A stretch of 64,000 bases of DNA from an uncultured virus (IMG/VR IMGVR_UViG_3300005356_000004) (lineage: Duplodnaviria > Heunggongvirae > Uroviricota > Caudoviricetes). Position 1 is the stretch's first letter; each line of letters opens with the position of its first letter. Below, one piece after another: positions 1-9,538 of this stretch. The translations under genes and the position numbers were made by a program. The DNA is taken from IMG/VR virus record IMGVR_UViG_3300005356_000004. The stretch is one strand, 5' to 3'. The notes below the pieces were generated by a model. It saw only the letters and a list, made by a program, of their open reading frames with translations, did no database searches and was not told the origin of the DNA.

Positions 1-45
1 CGATGAAGAGAAGGGGGGTGACTGCTCCTGCCATGAAACGGAATC

Positions 46-510
46 CTAGTCCTTCCAGGGACCGTATCCGCCACTCACCACGATCGATCTCAGTTGCTCG
101 CCCCGGAGCAGGGCCTTGGTCGCCCGGTGGTGACCGGACAGGATCAGCGACTCGGTGGTGCCGGTCGCCTCGTTGTGGCGGTTGTAGATCACCGGGAACC
201 GATTGCCCGCCTGGTGCGCGTCGGCGTAGGTCTGACCGGTGCGCTCGTAGTCACCCTGCATATAGTGCTCGACACCGGAGCGGGTCACCCAGGGCTGTGT
301 TGCATGCAACGTCCGAGGATCCACGTCCTGGAGATCGGGCGGACTCTTGGACACTGCTGCATGCACCAAGTGCTCCTCGTAGGGAGCCCGCTTCTTGTGC
401 ATGCCAGCCCGGGGGAACGGAACCGTCGTCTTGGGTGCCGATCCTTCCGGAAACAACGCCTCGATGCCCTTGCCGTAGAACTGAGCGCTCTTGTCCAGTC
501 CTCCGGGCAT
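46..510 (-). CDS. ParB/Sulfiredoxin-like domain protein
   Basis: ATG at 510 gives MPGGLDKSAQF...; contains LHATQPWV, PVIY and LILSGHHRA, matching the ParB/Srx GHHR motif. Confidence 0.6.
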   Translation of the reverse strand: MPGGLDKSAQFYGKGIEALFPEGSAPKTTVPFPRAGMHKKRAPYEEHLVHAAVSKSPPDLQDVDPRTLHATQPWVTRSGVEHYMQGDYERTGQTYADAHQAGNRFPVIYNRHNEATGTTESLILSGHHRATKALLRGEQLRSIVVSGGYGPWKD

Positions 511-526
511 GGGAGTTGATCCTAGG

Positions 527-892
527 TCAGACGTAGTTGCCGGGCTGGGCTTGGTCCCACAGCCCGTTGAAGCCGCACGAGTAGCACAGCGGCGCGGCCT
601 CCATCTGGCCGACCTTGCGCCGGTACAACTTGTCGGAGCCGCAGTGGGGGCAGACCGTCGAGTTGCGCTGGCCCTCGCCACCGCGCCACTGGGCCATCAT
701 CTCGACCAGGTTGTGCATGGTCACCTGGCCCCGGCTCTGGGGCGCCTGAGGGGCCTCCCACGGATTCGGGGGGTTGGGGTACCCGGGAGGCGGGTACGGC
801 CCGCCTGGCGTCGCAGGAGACGTCTGCACAGGCCCCTGGGAGGGGGTCCGCTGGGGTCCCCCTCCCAGGTGTCGACTCCACCAGTCACTCAC
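527..892 (-). CDS. Pro-rich protein with C-terminal zinc ribbon
   Basis: CPHCGS...CYSCG gives two CxxC pairs; lies downstream of the polymerase in the same operon. Confidence 0.7.
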   Translation of the reverse strand: MSDWWSRHLGGGPQRTPSQGPVQTSPATPGGPYPPPGYPNPPNPWEAPQAPQSRGQVTMHNLVEMMAQWRGGEGQRNSTVCPHCGSDKLYRRKVGQMEAAPLCYSCGFNGLWDQAQPGNYV

Positions 893-1211
893 AGTGAACC
901 TCGACCACTCCTAGTGACTCGAACAGGTTGAGCACGGCGAGAGCGTAGGAGACCAGCCACAGCGACCGGTCCTCGGTGTCAACCGAGTCGAGGATCCCGG
1001 ACATGTCGTCAGCAGCACCGCCCATGACGGCAGCGATACGTGGATCCGTCAACAACCGGCGGATGCGCTCCAGGGAAGCGACCCGCTCGGCCTCGGAGAC
1101 GTCATCGGAAGCAGGCAGCAGCCCCAGGAGGTCGCACAGCACCGGGTCGGCGCTGGGGTGCGCGAGATCCAGCAGGAACTGCCGTCGCATGGCCAGTACC
1201 GAGATCATCAC
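885..1211 (-). CDS. hypothetical protein
   Basis: Strong GAGGAGGGAGG SD upstream; overlaps the next gene. Confidence 0.65.
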   Translation of the reverse strand: MMISVLAMRRQFLLDLAHPSADPVLCDLLGLLPASDDVSEAERVASLERIRRLLTDPRIAAVMGGAADDMSGILDSVDTEDRSLWLVSYALAVLNLFESLGVVEVHCE

Positions 1212-1223
1212 GCACCTCCCTCC

Positions 1224-3209
1224 TCATTTCGCTTCACTCCAGCGGCTCGCTATACCACAAGACACGATCAATGGTACATCGAGAACCGACTTACCGCTGT
1301 ATCTAACACCAGACATTGCTTCGATCACAAGAGCCTGGCACTCCTCGGCACGGTCCTCTGGTGCTAGCGACAGCAACTCGTCGTGCACGGTGAGCACCAT
1401 CTGGAACGGCTTGTCGGGAATGGCCTCAAACGCCTTGTGGAGGCGGATCATCCCCAACTTCATGATCTCTGCCGCCGAGCCCTGGACGATGGTGTTGATC
1501 GCCTGGCGCTGGGCCTTGCTCCGCTCGCCACCGTCGTTGCTGTATAGGTCGGGCAGCCGACGCTTGCGCCCGAACATCGTCGTCACGTAGGGCGGGTAGC
1601 GGCGCGGGTCGTGCTGGTCGCCACGACGCATGGCTCGGCGCAGTTCGTAGTGCTTCCAAGGGCGGATGGCCGAGAACTGCTTGTAGTACTCATCAAGGAA
1701 CTCCTCGGCCTCACGAATCGATCGCCCGCTCATGGTGGCGACCTTCTGCGGCCCGGCGCCATAGACCACGGCGAAGTTGAGGCCCTTGCCGATCTGGCGC
1801 TCCTCCTTGGTGACATCACCAGGATCCTTGCCGAGCACCGCGGCTGCCGTGGAAGCGTGAATGTCCATCCCCCGCTCGAAGACCGACACCATCAGCGGAT
1901 CCTTGGAATAGTGCGCCGTGACCCGCAACTCGATCTGGTCGTAGTCGGCAACAACGAGCCGATAGCCCTCGGGGGCGATGAACAGCGCTCGGATCTCGGA
2001 CTCCCGGGGGATGTTCTGGAGGTTCGGAGTCCGGCTGGAGAGGCGTCCCGTCACGGTGCCGTGCTGTGTGAACGAGGTGTGCACCTTGCCCTTGTGCATC
2101 CGCTTCTCCATGCCCTCGATGTAGGTCGAGAGCACCTTCTGCTGCTCACTCCACGCCAGGAACACCTTGGCCAAGGCATCACCTCGGGCGGCGTAGTGCT
2201 CCAGCACGGTCTGGTCGAGCACGGCCTGATCGGTCTTGGGCGTCCGGGCGAGCGGCTTCAGCGCTCGGCCCCGGGGCTTGGGTCCGAAGAGCAGTTCACG
2301 CTTCTTGTTGACGTTGGTGAGATCGAAGGGATCTGGTTCCAACGTCATGTTCCAGGCCTGCATCTTCAGTTCGTCAAGGCTCTTCTCCAGCCGCTTCCGG
2401 ATCTCGTGCATGGCCTCCCGGTCGAGCATCGTCCCCGCCATCTCCATGCTCATGATCGAGGGGTACAGCGCCATCTCCATGGCCAGCACCGACTCCTGGC
2501 CCTCGCGCTCCACCAGGCGTTGGAGCCGCTTGTAGAGGAACCACGTGTAGCGGACATCACGCAGCACGTACCGGGCCACCTTGTCGATGGGGTGGAGGTA
2601 GTGGTCCTTGCCGAGGTTCGGGTAGTACGTCTTGCGCTGCGCAAGCGGGATGCGCAGCCAGTCCAACGTCGTCGTCTTCAGGTCGTACTTGATCCGGTTC
2701 TCGTCCACGACGTGTTGCATCAACATCGTGTCGAGGTAGGGCCGCACCGGCAGTCGGCCCCGGTAGTACTTTGCTACCGACATCACGTCGAACTTGACGT
2801 TGTGTCCGATCTTCAACTGGTCGGAGAAGAACAGCGGCTCCATGACCTTGAACGCCTGGGCCGGTTCCAACTGCGGGCCAGGATCGGCATGCACCGCGGG
2901 GATCGTGAGGGTGGCCGTCTTGGCGTTGGAGTACCGATTCGACTTGGGCAGCCACTTCGGGTTCTCCGGAACCACCTTCTCCTTGCGCTCCGGCACCAGG
3001 ATCTTGCCGAGGGTGTGGCCCAACGGGATGACGCAGGCGAAGCCGTCCGTGCACAGGCCGACCCACGTGACACTGTTGGTCAGGTGGTTGAGCCCGTCCG
3101 GCTTGCCGATGGTCTCGACGTCAACGACGTACGCCGGGTGCTCACTGATCTCGGCAACAGCCGCCTTCAAGTCCGGCACGGTGCGAATCATGCGAATGGT
3201 CGTTGACAT
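1224..3209 (-). CDS. polA: DNA polymerase I (family A; 3'-5' exonuclease plus polymerase, no 5' nuclease)
   Basis: ExoI DVET, ExoII GHNVKFD, TGRLSS.PNLQNIP, motif A ADYDQIELR, motif B RQIGKGLNFAVVYG (Phe at the 762-equivalent), motif C TVHDEL. Start could be 3209 or 3218. Confidence 0.97.
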   Translation of the reverse strand: MSTTIRMIRTVPDLKAAVAEISEHPAYVVDVETIGKPDGLNHLTNSVTWVGLCTDGFACVIPLGHTLGKILVPERKEKVVPENPKWLPKSNRYSNAKTATLTIPAVHADPGPQLEPAQAFKVMEPLFFSDQLKIGHNVKFDVMSVAKYYRGRLPVRPYLDTMLMQHVVDENRIKYDLKTTTLDWLRIPLAQRKTYYPNLGKDHYLHPIDKVARYVLRDVRYTWFLYKRLQRLVEREGQESVLAMEMALYPSIMSMEMAGTMLDREAMHEIRKRLEKSLDELKMQAWNMTLEPDPFDLTNVNKKRELLFGPKPRGRALKPLARTPKTDQAVLDQTVLEHYAARGDALAKVFLAWSEQQKVLSTYIEGMEKRMHKGKVHTSFTQHGTVTGRLSSRTPNLQNIPRESEIRALFIAPEGYRLVVADYDQIELRVTAHYSKDPLMVSVFERGMDIHASTAAAVLGKDPGDVTKEERQIGKGLNFAVVYGAGPQKVATMSGRSIREAEEFLDEYYKQFSAIRPWKHYELRRAMRRGDQHDPRRYPPYVTTMFGRKRRLPDLYSNDGGERSKAQRQAINTIVQGSAAEIMKLGMIRLHKAFEAIPDKPFQMVLTVHDELLSLAPEDRAEECQALVIEAMSGVRYSGKSVLDVPLIVSCGIASRWSEAK

Positions 3210-3333
3210 TGACAACATCCTCGGTGGTGTGCTGGGAGGTGCCAGTTGCCCCGATCCACTGTGGCAGGACGGCTCCTACTGGCAATCGCCGCTTCCGTCA
3301 GGTGACGTACCCGGGCGCCCGACGATGGGCAGT

Positions 3334-4158
3334 TTACTTCCGCCGACGCGGTGGCTTGTGACCCCGGTCGTCCTCGTCCTGGTCCCAACCGGACGGGCGC
3401 TCGTCCTCGTCCACCATGTCGTCCACGACATCCTGAAGTTCCCTGGTCTTGGGGATCGGGATGATGTCGGACGTATAGAGGGACTTCATCGCCTTGTTGA
3501 TGGCAGCAGGCTTCGGGACCGTCACCTCGAAGTCCTCTTCCAGGTCCCGCTCGCGCACCGGGGAGATGAGCGGCGTCACCCGGTCGAACTTGCGCTTGGC
3601 CTCCGGCTTGGAGACGGCAAAGTAGAGACCGGGCCGATTGAGGGGACCGATCTTCTGGTCACGGGCGAACGTCATCAGCGGCCGAGTGACGGTGGGCGTG
3701 GTGTCCCACGACTTGTGGCTCACCGTGCCGTCGTCGGAGACGACGAAGATGTTGAATGCAGCAACGGCCTGTGGCTTGTCACCGACATCACACAGTGGGC
3801 AGTCCCGACCTACCGTCTCCAGGCAGGTGAAGGCACGGGTGCCGATGCCCGGACGCTCGACCCAGTGACGGCGGTAGGAGGCGTAGGGCGTGTCCTGCGT
3901 GAACCGCACGATCTGCGTCTGCGCCGACATCTTGAAGTTCTGGGCGAACGAGGACGTGGAGTCCATCGTCTGCTCGGCAGCACCCCAACCGGAACGGATC
4001 GTGACTTCTTCCTCTTCGTCATCATCGACGTCGTCGTAGTCATCATCATCCCGGGCTCGGGAGGCCGACTTAGACGGCGCCGCCTTGGCGGCAGAGGCCT
4101 TCTTCGTGGGCGCAGCAGTGGCAGCACCCGAACGGCGCACAACGCGCCTTGTTGCCAT
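3334..4158 (-). CDS. single-stranded DNA-binding protein, T4 gp32-like
   Basis: VRF...RRHWV...FTCL...CPLC zinc-binding pattern, basic N-terminal arm, acidic stretches; next to the polymerase. Confidence 0.75.
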   Translation of the reverse strand: MATRRVVRRSGAATAAPTKKASAAKAAPSKSASRARDDDDYDDVDDDEEEEVTIRSGWGAAEQTMDSTSSFAQNFKMSAQTQIVRFTQDTPYASYRRHWVERPGIGTRAFTCLETVGRDCPLCDVGDKPQAVAAFNIFVVSDDGTVSHKSWDTTPTVTRPLMTFARDQKIGPLNRPGLYFAVSKPEAKRKFDRVTPLISPVRERDLEEDFEVTVPKPAAINKAMKSLYTSDIIPIPKTRELQDVVDDMVDEDERPSGWDQDEDDRGHKPPRRRK

Positions 4159-4170
4159 TTGGTTCTCGTT

Positions 4171-4198
4171 TCTGGTGTCTGGTGTCTGGTGTCTGGTG
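4171..4198 (-). repeat. tandem heptamer repeat (TCTGGTG)x4, read as (CACCAGA)x4 in the SSB mRNA leader
   Basis: Four perfect copies at 4171, 4178, 4185 and 4192, ending 12 nt upstream of the ATG at 4158. Confidence 0.95.
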
Positions 4199-4249
4199 TT
4201 TGATCCTGCGGCCTTCCTCGGGTAGTCATCCGACTCAGGCGGCAAACGA

Positions 4250-4279
4250 AGAGTACCAGGACTAGGAATCCTGGTGCAA
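4250..4279 (-). promoter_or_regulatory. sigma70/HrdB-type promoter for the SSB-polymerase operon
   Basis: TTGCAC-18 nt-TACTCT with TG extension on the minus strand. Confidence 0.6.
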
Positions 4280-4444
4280 CGGCCTGGGCGCCTTCTTCTT
4301 GCCGTTGCTGCGGGTCTCCACCAACGACACCGTGAGACCAGGCTTGTGGAACGCCACCTGCAAGGCCCGCTCCATCTCTGCCCGCTTCCCCTCGGCGTCC
4401 CTGCTGTCCGTGCAGTCGTACGACGTCTCGAATCGGTAGATCAC
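4262..4444 (-). CDS. small hypothetical protein
   Basis: GTGA start/stop overlap with the upstream gene; GGAGG SD. Confidence 0.55.
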   Translation of the reverse strand: MIYRFETSYDCTDSRDAEGKRAEMERALQVAFHKPGLTVSLVETRSNGKKKAPRPLHQDS

Positions 4445-4881
4445 TTCACGCCCTCCGCTTGTAGCCGTAACCACCCGGTGATGATCAACCGGGTGAAGTC
4501 CTTGTCCGGGGCATTGCCCCGGCCCTTCAGCACGCCGGTCCGCTTGGCAGCGTTGATGACCACCTCGATCTGCGCCCGGCTGTAGAGCCGGTCACCCTGC
4601 TTGCTGCCCTGGGAGCGCGCTCCCCGCAGCGGTGCCCGGAAGGTGGCCGGTGGGATGATGCCGTGCTTCTCCCAGTGCCGGATGGTCCGCACCGATCTGT
4701 TGACGGCAGCAGCCAGGTGGCTGACCCGGAAGAACTCGGTGGGGATCCCGTTCACCTTGTAGGTCAGCGGGCGGGCATCCCATGTTGTGACGACAGGCTT
4801 GGGCTGGGCGCGCATCACGGGCTCCCGCTTGCCCGGGAAGTCCTTCAGATCGTTGAAGACCGAGAACGGGTCCTTACTCAC
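4441..4881 (-). CDS. MerR-like helix-turn-helix DNA-binding protein
   Basis: FRVSHLAAAVNRSVRTIRHWEKHGIIP...RLYSRAQI matches the MerR-type HTH pattern. Confidence 0.8.
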   Translation of the reverse strand: MSKDPFSVFNDLKDFPGKREPVMRAQPKPVVTTWDARPLTYKVNGIPTEFFRVSHLAAAVNRSVRTIRHWEKHGIIPPATFRAPLRGARSQGSKQGDRLYSRAQIEVVINAAKRTGVLKGRGNAPDKDFTRLIITGWLRLQAEGVK

Positions 4882-5209
4882 GCCCCGGGTCTTCCTTGTA
4901 CTTGCCCGCGTGCAGCATCACGACGTTGCGCTCCTTGTAGACGAGCGCGTCACCACCGTAGAACTCCTCGACGTGGGCGTCCAAGGCTTCCGCCAGCCGG
5001 AAGGTGATCGGTGAGTACCGCACCTCGGCGCAGTGGATCGCTGCGTTGGCCTCGTCCAGCGCCTTGAAGTGCCGAAGTGCCTTGGCACATGCTTCCGCCA
5101 ACAGGCTGTTGCACTCCAGCATGTCGACCGGACGAGACTTGGACTTAGGTGGCTTGGTCAACCCCGCTCCTACGTAGTGCCCCGGCTGATATTCTTGATC
5201 TGACATCAC
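4874..5209 (-). CDS. hypothetical protein
   Basis: ORF overlapping both neighbours in the minus-strand operon. Confidence 0.6.
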   Translation of the reverse strand: MMSDQEYQPGHYVGAGLTKPPKSKSRPVDMLECNSLLAEACAKALRHFKALDEANAAIHCAEVRYSPITFRLAEALDAHVEEFYGGDALVYKERNVVMLHAGKYKEDPGRE

Positions 5210-5664
5210 CTTGCCACCTTGATCGGGACGAGCGCGAAGGTCTCACTCACGTCGTACAGGGACTCCAGTTCCTTGTTGGTCAGACGCTCCTCGAACGCCG
5301 CCGCCAGGATGGCGTCCTCGTCCAGCACAACGACGGTCTTGGTGCAACGCTCCAGCAACTTCTTCTCCCGCAGCAACCTCTCAGCCCGCTCAGCGTTGAG
5401 CCTGCGGCTGACCCGCTTCTCCCGCTTGACGCCCCGGAGCACACCACCCACCGGCTCGTCGTCATCGAAGTAGTACCAACAGTGCCCGTCGCTGTCGGCC
5501 TCGACCTGCTCGGCCAGCGCTGCCTTCAGCACCCCCTTGCGCTTCTCGGCTTCGGTGGTGAAGTCCTTAGCGGTGCTGTCGGTCTTGAACCACTCCTCGG
5601 TGGCCTTGCGGATGTCGATGACAACACGCTTCGGCTCCGACCTTCTCTTCACTCTGGTTGCCAT
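5206..5664 (-). CDS. hypothetical phage protein (helical, replication-associated)
   Basis: Start MATRVKRR follows a TTGCGA...TATGGT promoter-like sequence; coding-like composition. Confidence 0.65.
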   Translation of the reverse strand: MATRVKRRSEPKRVVIDIRKATEEWFKTDSTAKDFTTEAEKRKGVLKAALAEQVEADSDGHCWYYFDDDEPVGGVLRGVKREKRVSRRLNAERAERLLREKKLLERCTKTVVVLDEDAILAAAFEERLTNKELESLYDVSETFALVPIKVAR

Positions 5665-5809
5665 ATGGCACCGAACCATAGCACACAGATTGCCAATCGC
5701 AACCACCCTCTGGAAGACCCTTACAGGGGACTTGACTTACTCTGTCCAGTACTTGCCTGAGCCCTGTCATGTAGTCCCTAGAGATACCCCTACCCCGTAT
5801 GCTTCTTTA

Positions 5810-7393
5810 CTAGTGCTCCTGGAGGAACCGCCTAAGCGTGTCCAGGCTCAGCGTAAAGCCGCCCTTGGTGTCACGGTGTCGGCCGTCGATGAAGGCCTCG
5901 GCCACCAGACGCTTCTGCTCCAGCATCTCGTATTGCCGCTCCTCGATGGTGCCCTGAGTGAGCACGCTGATCACGTTGACGTGGGGCCAGACCGAGGAGA
6001 TCCGGTCGATCCGGGCCACGCGCTGGGCATATGCCCCCGCACTCCACGGCAGGTCATACGAGATCAGGTAGTTGACATGCGGCAGGTCCACTCCGTACTG
6101 CCCGGCGTCTGATGACAGCAACACACGGGTCTGCTTCTTGAAGGCATCGAGGGCTTGCGCCCGGCCGTGGGCGTCGACATCACCGGTGATGTAGGCAACA
6201 CGGTGCTTCTGCTTCTGGATGGCCCGACCGAGCATCGCCAGCATCGGCTTGAAGAACGAGAAGACCACCACCCGGTTCTGCGGGTGCTCCGACAAGATCT
6301 CGTCCACCAGTTCGACCGTCGTCTTCAACTTGGCGTCCTCGGCCAGCAGGGCGTCGGTGATCAAGCCCTCGGCCTTCAGCGAGGAGGCGTAGCGGGAGCC
6401 CTTGGAGGACTCCGGGTCATCGAACTGGCTTGCTGACGTCATCAACAAGGCCGGGTGGTCGCAGATCATGCGCATCGCCAGGACCCGGGACATGATCTCG
6501 CCCTTGAACTTGCCCGATTCGGTGTCGTCATCATCACCGTAGTGGGCTGCGAGATCGAAGCCTCCTGATGGTGACATCATCTCCAGCACAGCCAGCGTGT
6601 CACTGACGACAAAGTCATACAACCGCCTCGACACCGCTGGCAGGTCCACCGTGACGTGGGTGGTGATGATCTTCGGCAGGTACTGCTCGATGTCCTTGCG
6701 GCTCTTGCGGTACATCACCGGGGCCATGGCCCGCTTCAGCACGTCCAGGTTGCGGTACCGCTTGGGACGCCCGTAGTTGTCCCGGAGGATGAAGGTCCGG
6801 TCGAACATCTTGAAGTCGCCCAGCACTGATGGGTCAACAAACTCCATGATCGAGAACAGTTCCTCGGGCCGGTTCTCCACCGGCTGGCCCGAGAGGGCGA
6901 AGCGGTAGGGCAGGTCCCGGGCGAAGGCCTTGATGGCGCGGGAGCGCTTGGCCTTGAAGGACTTGATGACTGTTGCCTCATCAAGGACCACGAACTGAAT
7001 CTTGCCGTCCAGGAAGTAGTGCACCATCGAGGTCCCGTTCTTGGTGCTGAACACGTCAGGGTTGATGACGTTGTAACGGAACCTTGTTGCATGCTTCAGT
7101 TGGAACTGCTTGTTGGCCAGATCACCGTCGATGATCTGGACCGGAGCACCCGTCTTGTCGGTGATCTCGTCGTACCACTGGTACTTCAGGGTGTTGGGCA
7201 CGATCACGAGCCCACAGGACACCTCGCCCATGCGGTGCAGCGTCTCGATCGTCGCCAGCGCGGTGAGGGTCTTGCCCGCGCCCATCACGAGTGCCAGCAA
7301 CTGGTTGCCGCGCTCGATCATCCGGTCGTGAGCCTCGACCTGGTAGGGCCGAGGCTCCAGCGCTAGAGGCCAAGTCTCAGCGTGTCCTGCCAC
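5810..7393 (-). CDS. SNF2-family (SF2) helicase
   Basis: PRPYQ Q-motif, MGAGKT Walker A, LDEAT, LSGQPVEN, GVDL, YDLPWS...QRVARIDR. The start (GTG 7393) is uncertain. Confidence 0.93.
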   Translation of the reverse strand: MAGHAETWPLALEPRPYQVEAHDRMIERGNQLLALVMGAGKTLTALATIETLHRMGEVSCGLVIVPNTLKYQWYDEITDKTGAPVQIIDGDLANKQFQLKHATRFRYNVINPDVFSTKNGTSMVHYFLDGKIQFVVLDEATVIKSFKAKRSRAIKAFARDLPYRFALSGQPVENRPEELFSIMEFVDPSVLGDFKMFDRTFILRDNYGRPKRYRNLDVLKRAMAPVMYRKSRKDIEQYLPKIITTHVTVDLPAVSRRLYDFVVSDTLAVLEMMSPSGGFDLAAHYGDDDDTESGKFKGEIMSRVLAMRMICDHPALLMTSASQFDDPESSKGSRYASSLKAEGLITDALLAEDAKLKTTVELVDEILSEHPQNRVVVFSFFKPMLAMLGRAIQKQKHRVAYITGDVDAHGRAQALDAFKKQTRVLLSSDAGQYGVDLPHVNYLISYDLPWSAGAYAQRVARIDRISSVWPHVNVISVLTQGTIEERQYEMLEQKRLVAEAFIDGRHRDTKGGFTLSLDTLRRFLQEH

Positions 7394-8280
7394 GTCCTCT
7401 TCAAGATGCGGTCGTCGGGGCAATCTCCAGGGTCCTTCCAGGCGTTGGCCTTCCAGGTCCCATCGTAGCCCCACACCAGCACCGCCGTGCCAGTGTTCCG
7501 TAGCCTCTGAATCGCCTGTTTGGTACCGGCTCGCCCAGCGTCGTCGTTGTCCAAGGCCAGCACAGTGACGGCCGTGTGTCGTGACAACAGACGGCACTGC
7601 GTGTCAGAGATGAACGCTCCCATGCTGGAGACGGCAGGGATGCCCGCCTGGTAGAGCCGCACCGCGTCCAGCGGGCTCTCGACCACCGCCAGCCGGTCAT
7701 GCATGCGCATGGCGTGCAGGCCGAACAGGTACTGGCTCTTCTCCAGTTCCTTGGGCTCGTTGTAGGCCTTGATGCCACCCGCCTTGCGCTGCCAGCCCAT
7801 CAGCCGACCCTTGTGGTCCCGGATCGGCATCACCCACGTCCGGTTGATCGGATCGAATCTGATTCCGTAAACATTCACGGCTTCCAGATCCAGGTTCCGC
7901 CGCTCCAGCAGCACCCGCTTCACGTCCACAAACCGGTTGCTCAGCGTCCACTCGTGGATCGTGAAGTCGACCAGCGCCTCACGCTTCTCTTCGGTGAGCC
8001 GTTGGACCGCCTTGGTCAGCGCCGCCGTCTTGGTCTGCTCGACCAGGTCTTGTGGTGGTGGTGTCCCGGTGAGCCAGATGACCAGATCGTTGAACGTCGG
8101 GTGCCACGAGCACGAGAAGCAGTTGCCGACGCCCTTGGCCATGTTGAAGCCGAAGGAGGGATGGGAGTCCGGGTGCCCGACGCGTTCCACGTGGGCCGGG
8201 CAGACGGCATTGATCTCGTCGCCGTCGACCCTCAGCACTTCCAACCCGATGTCGATGAGGTAATCGGAAAGGTCAGGCAT
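7363..8280 (-). CDS. DNA primase (CHC2 zinc finger plus TOPRIM)
   Basis: CPAH...HPSF...CFSC zinc finger; VVESPLDA and LALDNDDAG TOPRIM motifs; KDPGD. Confidence 0.92.
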   Translation of the reverse strand: MPDLSDYLIDIGLEVLRVDGDEINAVCPAHVERVGHPDSHPSFGFNMAKGVGNCFSCSWHPTFNDLVIWLTGTPPPQDLVEQTKTAALTKAVQRLTEEKREALVDFTIHEWTLSNRFVDVKRVLLERRNLDLEAVNVYGIRFDPINRTWVMPIRDHKGRLMGWQRKAGGIKAYNEPKELEKSQYLFGLHAMRMHDRLAVVESPLDAVRLYQAGIPAVSSMGAFISDTQCRLLSRHTAVTVLALDNDDAGRAGTKQAIQRLRNTGTAVLVWGYDGTWKANAWKDPGDCPDDRILKRTWQDTLRLGL

Positions 8281-9538
8281 CGTCCTCATCCTCGTCAAAG
8301 GTCAGCGAGTTGTCGTCATCATCAGAACCAACTTCCTCAACCAGGCCCGTATCCAGGTCCCAGGAGACATCGAACTCGATGCCCTGTGGTCCAGCCCGGT
8401 TTCCAAGGATGCGCATCGTAGACCACTTGGGGTTGTCGGGGTTGGACTCGACGCCTACCACCAGGTCAGCGTCCTGGGAGAACGCCGAGGTGTAGCCCAT
8501 GCCGAACAGGTTGGTCCGGCCCTTGGTGGTCTTGGAGTGCAGCGTCTGCGTTGTTACGACAACACCGATCTTCTCGGTCTTGGCCAGACGCTTCAGCGCC
8601 CGGCTGATGTTGGTCAATGGTTGCGTACCAGATGACCCCGGATCGCCGGTCACGTCATCAGTCATCAGGTAGATGCCGTCGATGCACAGCACATCGGCAT
8701 TTGTTGATCGAACCAAGGCCTGGAGGCTCGACACCGTGGAGTGCCCGTAGGTGTCTTGTACACCCATCAACGGGTGCAGCGCCTTGCGGACGGCGATCCC
8801 CTTGTTGATGTTGGCATAGTCGGCGTTGGTGAACGTCTTCTTCATCACGCTGCGGTAGGGGACCTTGCCCCACAGCGTGGCCAGACGCTCGACCTGCTCG
8901 ACATTGGACATCTCGAAGGTCACGAACACCACGCGCCCGCCCTGCAACTGGGCCGTGGAGGCGCAGTGCAGCAATGTCCACGACTTCTTGGCCTTGGCCA
9001 GACCGGTGAACACCACATACTGCTCGGGCATCAGCCCGCTTGTGTACTCATCAAGCGTCGGAAAGCCGTAGGAGAGGCCGTTGTTGAACACGCCCTGCTT
9101 CCACTCCTCGGCGGCTGCCTTCAACGCCACCAGGTAGTCCACCGTCAGCACCGGAGACGTCTCGATGATCGAGGACATCAGGCCCTGGTTCAGGAGTGTC
9201 GACACGCTGTCAATCTTGGTTACGCCATCAATGCTGATCATCTCGACGGCCTTGCTGATCGTCTCCTGAAGCATGACCATCTTGCGCCGTGCGGCCAGAG
9301 AGTCGATGAAGTACTCGACCGGCTCGTCCGGCTCCTCGATCTCATAAGCCGGATAGTTGTCAGCAACAACCTCCACGGTCGGGCTCAACCCGTAGGACTG
9401 CCAGTGCTTGACCATGTACTGCCACACCTTGCGGTGCTCGTCGTCGTTGAAGAAGTGCTCCGTCACCCGCCGCTGCATGGGGATGTCCATGGTTCCGTTG
9501 ACAAGCACCGAGGCGATGAGCCCGCCTTCGATGTCCAT
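8273..9538 (-). CDS. dnaB: DnaB-like replicative helicase
   Basis: YGFPTLDEYTSGL, P-loop region GLAKAKKS, FEMS, CIDGIYLM, ISRALKRLAK, SQDADLVV, NRAGP. Confidence 0.9.
   Translation of the reverse strand: MDIEGGLIASVLVNGTMDIPMQRRVTEHFFNDDEHRKVWQYMVKHWQSYGLSPTVEVVADNYPAYEIEEPDEPVEYFIDSLAARRKMVMLQETISKAVEMISIDGVTKIDSVSTLLNQGLMSSIIETSPVLTVDYLVALKAAAEEWKQGVFNNGLSYGFPTLDEYTSGLMPEQYVVFTGLAKAKKSWTLLHCASTAQLQGGRVVFVTFEMSNVEQVERLATLWGKVPYRSVMKKTFTNADYANINKGIAVRKALHPLMGVQDTYGHSTVSSLQALVRSTNADVLCIDGIYLMTDDVTGDPGSSGTQPLTNISRALKRLAKTEKIGVVVTTQTLHSKTTKGRTNLFGMGYTSAFSQDADLVVGVESNPDNPKWSTMRILGNRAGPQGIEFDVSWDLDTGLVEEVGSDDDDNSLTFDEDEDDA

Noticed and set aside
1611..3206. Long plus-strand ORFs opposite real genes (also 2794-4203, 23070-24719, 29399-30589, 46715-48343, 50328-51539, and minus-strand 13226-14218)
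   Set aside because: Shadow frames expected from high-GC codon bias; they mirror genes with clear motifs and have no recognisable domains.
4171..4198. Tandem repeat as a possible mini-CRISPR or iteron array
   Set aside because: 7-bp units with no spacers; no cas genes; its position in an mRNA leader explains it better.
5700..5809. Comparatively AT-rich gap after the SNF2 helicase as a replication origin
   Set aside because: No iterons or DnaA boxes visible; partly explained by the promoter of 5206-5664. Not excluded, but unsupported.
5810..7597. ORF-track N-terminal extensions (also 10498-11640, 31872-33851, 50358-52046, 46-681)
   Set aside because: The extensions overlap upstream genes or hairpins and look non-coding; downstream starts with SD, coupling or promoter support were chosen.
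1224..9538. Inteins or introns in polymerase, helicases or primase (terminase also checked)
   Set aside because: Motif spacing and protein lengths are normal; no C...HN splice junctions or embedded LAGLIDADG motifs seen.
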